From: an uncultured Acidobacteriota bacterium | GTDB taxonomy: Bacteria > Acidobacteriota > Vicinamibacteria > Vicinamibacterales > UBA2999 | Direction: 5' to 3' | DNA length: 64,000 bases | Assembly: GCA_963818645.1 (NCBI GenBank) | Contig: CAWFTF010000011.1 | Location: forward strand, 85,597 to 149,596 | Shown here: piece after piece, positions 57,577 to 64,000 of the stretch | Position numbering within the stretch: the first letter of the stretch is position 1 | Layout of the letters: every line of letters begins with the position of its first letter | Translations under genes and position numbers: made by a program | The notes under the pieces: model-generated | The model's database searches: none | Seen by the model: only the letters and a program-made list of their open reading frames with translations | What the model was told of the DNA's origin: nothing

Positions 57577-59427
57577 TTACTTGCCGTCCACCGTAAAAGC
57601 CAGCAACGCATTGCCCGGCATCCCGTTCTGCACGTAGCCGGAGTTGATGATGATCGTGCCGCCACTGATAGCAGGGCCGGCAACGTTCAACGATCCGCCT
57701 CGTGCGGGCACGCCGTTGGTGGTCTCGTAAGTTTGAGCGGTATCAACATCCCAGATGATCGATCCGTCGGTCGTGGAATAGGCGCGCAGGTGACCGTCGA
57801 TCGCTCCCGAGAAGACGACGCCCGGAATCGCGCTCACCGCGGCCGATTGTGCCGGGCTGCATCGATCGCGAGTCTTGCACGCGCGCGGCGCCGGAGTCTC
57901 CCACACGCGCCGGCCGCTTTCGAGACTCATTGCGAACATGCCGCCACCTGCCTCTGGATCGGGAATCGTGGCCTGGCTGTTGGGAACAGGGAAGCGCGCA
58001 AGGTCGGACAGCGCGACGTAGACATTGGATCCATCGGAGGCCGAGCCCCACTGCACGCCGCCGTTGATGCCGCCCTTGCCGACCCGCTCCTGCCAGAGGA
58101 GCTCGCCACCGCGATCGGGATCGAGCGCGTGCACGACCCCTGATTTCTGGCCGGCGACTATCGCGCGACGGCCATTCGGCAGCGACACCAGGATCGGCGG
58201 CGAGGCGAAGTCGAAGTCGGGTGCGTCCTTGTTGGTGCAGTTGGTCTGATCGGTCAGGCGGCACGCCGTGTTCCAGTCGTCTGACGCGGTCATCTGGCGC
58301 GACCAGAGGATCTTTCCAGACGTCATGTCGAACGCGACGAAGGCGTCGCTGCGATCGGTGGCTGGACCGCTGTAGTTGTTGCCGGTGGTGACGTAGACCG
58401 CGTTCTTCTGCGCGTCGATCGCCGGGCTCGACCAGATCGGCACACCGGACGGCCCCCACATCTGCGTCCCGATCCTGTTCTTTGCGCGTTTCTGCGGTTC
58501 CTCGATCGTGTAGGTCTTCCAGACACGCGATCCGTTCGCCGCATCGAGCACGACGAGGCTTCCGCGGAACGTGCAACACTCGTACTCGGCAACGGCGCCG
58601 GCGGTCTCCTCGCCGGACGCGACGCCGACATAGAGACGGCCGTTGTGAAACGTCGGCGATGCCGTGACGCGGGCGAACGGATGATCGTCGACGTGGCTCT
58701 TCCAGATCAGCGCGCCGGTATTCGCGTCGAGCGCGTAGATGTTTGCGGCACGATCGCCGATGAACGCTACGTAGCGATTGGCGGACTCGAGCCGGGCGAT
58801 CGTGATGGCCGCGCGCACCGCGGCGTCCGCCGTGAAGGACCAATGCACGCATCCGGTCGCTGCGCTCAGCGCGTACACCATGCCGCTCTGCGTTCCAACG
58901 AACACGCGACCACCGGCGATGGATGGCTGGCCGTCGGCGCTGAGCTCACCCGGGAATCCGAATGCCCACTTCAATTTGAGCTTCGGCACGTCGCCGGCAG
59001 CGAGACCGGCCATCTTGCCGTCCTGGTACCGGGTGTTCTGCGTGTTCGCGCCCCAGCCATTCCACGCCGGGCCGGTTAGAGGGTTCGCGAACTCGCCTGC
59101 CACCGCGCGGCACATCGCCTGTGGCGACGGCTTCGTGCTGAACGCCTCGGAGAACTTCTTTCCAGTGACGAACTCGGCGATCGCGCGTCGCTCGACGCCG
59201 GTGCGGCCGCTGGCCATCGAGAGCATCGGGCCGCTCTCCATCGCCGTGAGCACCCGCTCGGGCGTCATCGCCTGCAGGACATCGCGCGTCGGCGCGCGAG
59301 CGGCGCCAGTGTCGTGACACGACGCGCACAGTTGCTTGTACATCGTCGGGCCGTCGTCGGCGGCCGCGGGCAGGGTGGTTGCGAAGAACACGAGTGCGAC
59401 GATGGACCAACGCAGGGTAGCTCGCAT
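57577..59427 (-). CDS. PQQ-dependent quinohaemoprotein dehydrogenase (N-terminal haem c, PVA-dehydrogenase-like), intact
   Basis: 616 aa with a signal peptide, CASCH and propeller blades. AGGAGG RBS. It lies 39 nt downstream of the ankyrin gene. Confidence 0.85.
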   Translation of the reverse strand: MRATLRWSIVALVFFATTLPAAADDGPTMYKQLCASCHDTGAARAPTRDVLQAMTPERVLTAMESGPMLSMASGRTGVERRAIAEFVTGKKFSEAFSTKPSPQAMCRAVAGEFANPLTGPAWNGWGANTQNTRYQDGKMAGLAAGDVPKLKLKWAFGFPGELSADGQPSIAGGRVFVGTQSGMVYALSAATGCVHWSFTADAAVRAAITIARLESANRYVAFIGDRAANIYALDANTGALIWKSHVDDHPFARVTASPTFHNGRLYVGVASGEETAGAVAEYECCTFRGSLVVLDAANGSRVWKTYTIEEPQKRAKNRIGTQMWGPSGVPIWSSPAIDAQKNAVYVTTGNNYSGPATDRSDAFVAFDMTSGKILWSRQMTASDDWNTACRLTDQTNCTNKDAPDFDFASPPILVSLPNGRRAIVAGQKSGVVHALDPDRGGELLWQERVGKGGINGGVQWGSASDGSNVYVALSDLARFPVPNSQATIPDPEAGGGMFAMSLESGRRVWETPAPRACKTRDRCSPAQSAAVSAIPGVVFSGAIDGHLRAYSTTDGSIIWDVDTAQTYETTNGVPARGGSLNVAGPAISGGTIIINSGYVQNGMPGNALLAFTVDGK

Positions 59428-59466
59428 CGACGGCCTCCTGTGGCCAGCGCGTCCAAAGACGCACCT

Positions 59467-60931
59467 CTACTGCACTGCCGGCGAGCTTGCCGCCAGGACC
59501 TGACGGATCGCGGTCGCCGTGACCGGGGAACTGACGATGTTCATGCCGCGCTGGACGCCTTCGGCGATCTTGAGTGGCGTCCAACCCTTGCTGTTGGGCC
59601 GATTCCACACATCGGCACGCGCGCCCTTGTCGGCGAGGTAGTGCACGACGGTCGGAACGTGCTTGTAAGCAGCCCCGTGCATCGCTGTTTCGCCGTTCTT
59701 GTCGACGACGTTGAGATCGTTGCCAAGGTCGAGCGCCACTCTTGACCGCGTCGAGCACCTCCGGCTCAGTGCCGGGATCCTCGCCAGGTGCGTTCGTGCC
59801 CACGCCGGCCGCGACCATGAGCGGCGTCGAGCCATCGTCATTGGTCAACAGCGGATTGGCGCCAAGCTCCGCCAGTAACTTCATCAGCGGCGCATCCGCG
59901 GTGCGGGCGGCAAGAAGGAATGGGGTGGCGCCGATCGAATTGAGCGTGGTCACGCCCATGTTCGGCTTCTTCGTCACGCGCGTGTCGAGCGTCGCGCCCT
60001 TCGCGACCAGCTTTCGCACGAACGCCAGCGAGTCCATCGTCCCGGATCCCTGTGGCGCCGGATTGTTGCTGCCGGCGATCCCGGCCTTCCGCACCCACGA
60101 GACCTGATGGAGTGCCGTGAATCCCTGGGGCGCCGCGTTCGGGTCGGCGCCGCGATCCAGCAGCCAGGCGGCGAGCTCGTAGTGCGCATTCGCGGCCGCG
60201 AGCAGGAACACGTTCGGTCCCGGGTCCGGTGGAGGTGGCGGCGCGTTCTGTGGCGCGCGCTTCCGAATCGGCAGCGAGTCGTTCATGTCTGCGCCGGCCT
60301 TGATCAGCGCGTCCACCGCCGCGATTCGGCCTTCGCGAGCGGCAAACAGAATTGCGGTGAATCCTCCATTCGAACGCGCGCTCACGTCGGCGCCACGCGC
60401 CACGAGCGTCTCGATGACCGGGGCGTACCCCTCCGCCGCGGCCCACATCAGCGCGGTCTGACCGCGCCACTGTTCTTTCACGTTGGGATCGGCGCCGCGC
60501 GCAAGCAGCAGGTTGACGGCATCGATTTTCCCCGTGCGAGCCGCCACCATGAGCGCGGTCTCTCCTTCGTCAGATGCCGCTGACGGGTCAGCTCCAGCCT
60601 CGAGCAGCACTCCGATCGTTGCCGCGTTCCCATTGAGCGACGCCAGCCACAACGGCGTCGCGCCGTATCGATTGGTGGCTTTGACGTTGGCGCCTGCGCG
60701 AATGAGTAACTGGACGATCTCAATCGCATCGCGTTCGACGGCCCAGTGCAGTGCGGTTGTCCCATCCGGCTGCACGGCGTTCGCATCGGCTCGTGCGTCG
60801 AGAAGCGTACGAACGGCACCGGCGTCGTTCGCCCTGACTGCGTCGATGAGACGACCTTGCGCGGACGAGATGCCAACGCTGACCAGCCAGACTGTCGCGA
60901 GCAGGGCAGCGATGCGCATGGTGCCTGTCAC
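59467..60931 (-). pseudogene. Exported ankyrin-repeat protein, frameshifted near 59741
   Basis: The N-terminal ~395 codons are in ORF 58946..60931 and the C-terminal ~95 codons in ORF 59467..59841. The join is ...EVLDAVK|VALDLGNDLNVVDKNGETAMH... The start is GTG 60931 (overlapping the DUF1552 stop) or ATG 60919. Confidence 0.75.
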
Positions 60932-62271
60932 ACCGTCAGCGGTTCGAGGTCCGAGATGCGTCCTGTGCTGTCGACGAAGGTGTCGAGGTGCACGCCGGCC
61001 TTGTCGAGCAGTGTGAGGTGGAGATTGGCCAGAGGTGTCGGCTTCTCGAACCTGATGTGCCGGCCGCCTTTGAACTGACTGCCTCGTCCGCCCGCGACGA
61101 CGATCGGCAGATTCGAGTGATCGTGGACGTCGGGGTTGCCCATGCCGCTGCCTAGTAGATAGAGCGTGTGATCGAGCAGCGATCCGTCGCCATCCGGCGT
61201 CGCCTGCAACTTCTCGATCATGTAGGCAAAGAGCGACACGTGATGCGCGTTGATCTTTGCGAGCTTGACGAGTTTCTCAGGACTGTTCGTGTGGTGCGAG
61301 ACCGGATGATGCGGCTCGGGGACGCCGATGTGCGGATACGTCCGCGTGCTCGTCTCGCGGGCCATCTGGAATGTGACGACTCGCGTCACGTCCGCCTGCA
61401 GCGCCAGCACCTGCAGATCGAACATCAACCGGACGTGGTCTTCCCAGACCGATGGAACGCTGGCCGGCCGCTCGAGATCGGGCAGCGCGGCCGAGTCGCT
61501 CTGCTCCGCGCGCTGTATGCGGCGTTCCACCTCGCGCACCGAATCGAGATACTGGCCCACGCGGACGCGATCACTTACGCCGAGCTCACGTCTCAGGCGG
61601 GAGAGGTCGCTCGTCATCCAATCGAGGATGCTGCCGCTCTTTTTGAGCTCGGCCCGCCGGCGTTCAGCGCTTCCGCCGTCGCCGAACAGTCGTTCGAACA
61701 CGACACGAGGGTCAGCCTCGGTCGGCAGTGGCGTCGTCGGCGACGACCATGACAGGTTGTTCTGATAGGCGCACGCGTATCCGTTGTCGCAGTTGCCGAC
61801 CTGAGCGATCAGATCGGTGCCGATCTCGAGTGACGGAATTTGCGTCTCGCTGCCGAGCGCGCGCGCGGCGATCTGATCCACGGTGATGCCGAGCTCGTAG
61901 TCACTGCCTTCAGTACGCTTGGCGTGCGCGCAGCTGAGGAACGCGCAGTTGGAAGACGCGTGATTGCCCGTGGTGTAGGCGTTGCGCAGCTCCAGGTTGC
62001 TGATCACCGTGACCTGATCGAGCACTGGTGTGAGCGCAAGGAGAGAGGGAGACAGCTCTGAGATGCGCCCCTCGGTCGGAGGCGTCCACGCCGCCGCGTT
62101 CATGCCCATCGGGATGTAGACGTATCCCAGACGTCGAATCGAGCTGGCGAGCGTCTGTGCTCGCACGGGCGACAGCGCGGGAATCATCGCGTCGAGCAGT
62201 GGCAGCGAGAGCGCAGTACCCAGACCGCGCAGGAACGTGCGACGCGGGAGAGCCGTCTGCGTGACGATCAT
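60928..62271 (-). CDS. DUF1552 (HXXSHH) family protein with Tat-like signal, intact
   Basis: 447 aa. It has MIVTQTALPRRTFLRGLG... and the motif HHPVSHH. Its ATG overlaps the upstream stop (ATGA). Confidence 0.85.
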   Translation of the reverse strand: MIVTQTALPRRTFLRGLGTALSLPLLDAMIPALSPVRAQTLASSIRRLGYVYIPMGMNAAAWTPPTEGRISELSPSLLALTPVLDQVTVISNLELRNAYTTGNHASSNCAFLSCAHAKRTEGSDYELGITVDQIAARALGSETQIPSLEIGTDLIAQVGNCDNGYACAYQNNLSWSSPTTPLPTEADPRVVFERLFGDGGSAERRRAELKKSGSILDWMTSDLSRLRRELGVSDRVRVGQYLDSVREVERRIQRAEQSDSAALPDLERPASVPSVWEDHVRLMFDLQVLALQADVTRVVTFQMARETSTRTYPHIGVPEPHHPVSHHTNSPEKLVKLAKINAHHVSLFAYMIEKLQATPDGDGSLLDHTLYLLGSGMGNPDVHDHSNLPIVVAGGRGSQFKGGRHIRFEKPTPLANLHLTLLDKAGVHLDTFVDSTGRISDLEPLTV

Positions 62272-64000
62272 TGCGACATCCTCATCTGAAACGGATCACT
62301 CGAGACGATGCCGAGCACGAGCGAGGAGAACCGATAATCGTTCGCACGAGCGCCCGCGACGATTTCGCGGACGGACGGCGCGTCGTAATACTCGAGACCG
62401 CGGCCGAGGCCGTAGGTCAGGAGCTTCTCCGTCAGCGTTCCGACGAACATCTCTGGCTTGCGGAGGAGCGCCGTGCGCAGTCCGCTCATGCCGGTGAACG
62501 TCGAACCGTCAGGCAGGCCGCCGGAGGCGTCGACACTGCTTCCTGATTCGGTGCGGATGCGCCATCGTCCGATCGCGTCGAAGTTCTCCATCGAGAGGCC
62601 GGCAGGATCCATCAACTGATGGCAACCGGCACACGCAGGACTGGCACGATGCTGGGCCATCCGCTCGCGCATCGAGAGGACCCGTCCCTCGACATCCGTG
62701 TCCTTCAGCGGAGGCACGTTCTGTGGGGGTGGAGGCGGCGGGGTGCCGACGATGTTCTCGAGGATCCATTTGCCGCGAAGCACCGGTGAGGTGCGGTTGG
62801 CGTACGACGTAACGGTCAGCACGCTGCCCTGGCCGAGGATCCCGCCGCGCACGCTGTCGTCCCCGAGCGCCACACGCCTGAAGCGGCTGCCGTACACGTT
62901 GGGAATGCCGTAGTGCTTCGCCAGGCGCTCGTTGACGAAGGTGTAGTTCGCGCGCAGCAGATCGAGCGCGCTGCGATCCTCGCGCATGATGCTGTCGACG
63001 AACAGCTCCGTCTCGCGCCTGAACGCCTGACGCAGGTTGTCATCGAAGTCGGGGAACGTCCGTGCGTCCGGACTCGCGGCGGCCAGATTCCGCAGATACA
63101 GCCACTGGCCGGCGAAGTTGGTGACGAGCGCGTCGGCCTTCGGGCTGGCGAGCATGCGCTTCACCTGCTGCTCCAATGTCGCCGGGCGATTGAGCCTGCC
63201 TGCGATTGCGAGATCGAGCAGTTCGTCGTCGGGCACACTGCTCCAGAGGAAGAACGACAGGCGGGTTGCCAGTTCGACATCGCTCACGCGGTAGGGCGAC
63301 TGCGGGGCAACGCCCTTGGGATCCCTCTCGATGCGGAACAGGAACTCGGTGCTGGCGAGTACCGCGCGGAGCGCCATCTCGATACCGGCGTCGAAGCCGC
63401 CTTCGGCGCGCGCCTCTTTGTAGAACCGCATGGGCGCATCGATGTCGGCGGCAGTGACGGCTCGTCTGAACGCGCGTCGCGCAACCGCCGACACGATCTG
63501 CCTCGCGCAGGCATCCTCGGTCGCGGCGCTCGCCGGTTTACAGACGAAGAGACGACGACGGCTGGGCGTGTCGGTGACCGTGCCTGTATCGAAGGGGCCG
63601 GCAATCGACACCGAGTAGAGCGCGATCTGCACGCGCGGATGCCGATCCATGTTGAAGTGCGCGAGGCTGGGCTGGCGTTCCGTTTCTTCCAGCGCGAACG
63701 TTTTTCGTGGAAACAGGACGCCGACATCGTGCGGACCGGCGCTCACGTGCATCCGCGTTCTCAGGTCCTTGTCGACGGCTTCGTCGGCGTAGTAGATCCC
63801 CGATTGATTGCGATTCGGTTTCACACCGAACATCTGGACTCGCTGGCCGTCGAGCGTGAGCTCCACCTGCTGCGGCTCGGTGAGCCCCTCGACGTTTTCA
63901 TTGCGGTCGCGCGACAGCCGCATCTGGATCTCGTAGGTGCCTGTGAGCGGGAAGTTGTACGGGACGACCGTGCCGCCTCGTGAGCCGAGCGGAAGGCCGT
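62268..64000 (-). CDS. DUF1592-family multidomain haem-c protein, 5' end beyond the window
   Basis: It is collinear with 49007..51478 (...GSRGG..VPY.FPL.G.Y..., CAGCH...DPAGLSMENFD). The frame stays open to the window edge. Confidence 0.8.
   Translation of the reverse strand, partial: GLPLGSRGGTVVPYNFPLTGTYEIQMRLSRDRNENVEGLTEPQQVELTLDGQRVQMFGVKPNRNQSGIYYADEAVDKDLRTRMHVSAGPHDVGVLFPRKTFALEETERQPSLAHFNMDRHPRVQIALYSVSIAGPFDTGTVTDTPSRRRLFVCKPASAATEDACARQIVSAVARRAFRRAVTAADIDAPMRFYKEARAEGGFDAGIEMALRAVLASTEFLFRIERDPKGVAPQSPYRVSDVELATRLSFFLWSSVPDDELLDLAIAGRLNRPATLEQQVKRMLASPKADALVTNFAGQWLYLRNLAAASPDARTFPDFDDNLRQAFRRETELFVDSIMREDRSALDLLRANYTFVNERLAKHYGIPNVYGSRFRRVALGDDSVRGGILGQGSVLTVTSYANRTSPVLRGKWILENIVGTPPPPPPQNVPPLKDTDVEGRVLSMRERMAQHRASPACAGCHQLMDPAGLSMENFDAIGRWRIRTESGSSVDASGGLPDGSTFTGMSGLRTALLRKPEMFVGTLTEKLLTYGLGRGLEYYDAPSVREIVAGARANDYRFSSLVLGIVSSDPFQMRMSQ

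Overview
GC-rich bacterial chromosomal segment, densely coding (about 57 genes or gene remnants). I recognised no rRNA, tRNA, CRISPR, transposase, integrase or phage genes. The family content looks Acidobacteriota- or Planctomycetota-like (DUF1592/DUF1552 cytochrome pairs, a carboxypeptidase-regulatory-domain TonB receptor, NHL propellers, many signal-peptide enzymes), but taxonomy cannot be verified from here. Main content: (1) A tetrahydromethanopterin (H4MPT)-linked formaldehyde-oxidation gene set split over three loci: fae-marR-fae-mtd-DUF1464-ATP-grasp (9.5-14.8 kb), a lone ftr/fhcD (17.6-18.6 kb), and mch, rimK/mptN-like, citG-like, PTPS-like, a PQQ/haem-c dehydrogenase and hisA-like (36.5-42.5 kb). 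(2) Five PQQ-enzyme genes (three with an N-terminal haem c, the PVA-dehydrogenase architecture), two tannase/feruloyl-esterase paralogues, three NHL propellers and several alpha/beta- and metallo-hydrolases, almost all exported. (3) Two paralogous minus-strand modules of unknown function: DUF1592-family dihaem protein, then DUF1552 (HXXSHH, Tat-like signal), then an exported ankyrin-repeat protein. (4) An unusual non-coding layer: at least a dozen intergenic regions are filled with degenerate 7-9 nt tandem repeats arranged as inverted arms (long imperfect hairpins), and the same unit motifs recur at distant loci. (5) At least 11 genes are interrupted by frameshifts (one TonB receptor many times) while every H4MPT gene is intact. 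This is either real decay of redundant paralogues or indel errors in the assembly. All functional calls come from motif and family recognition by eye; no searches were run.
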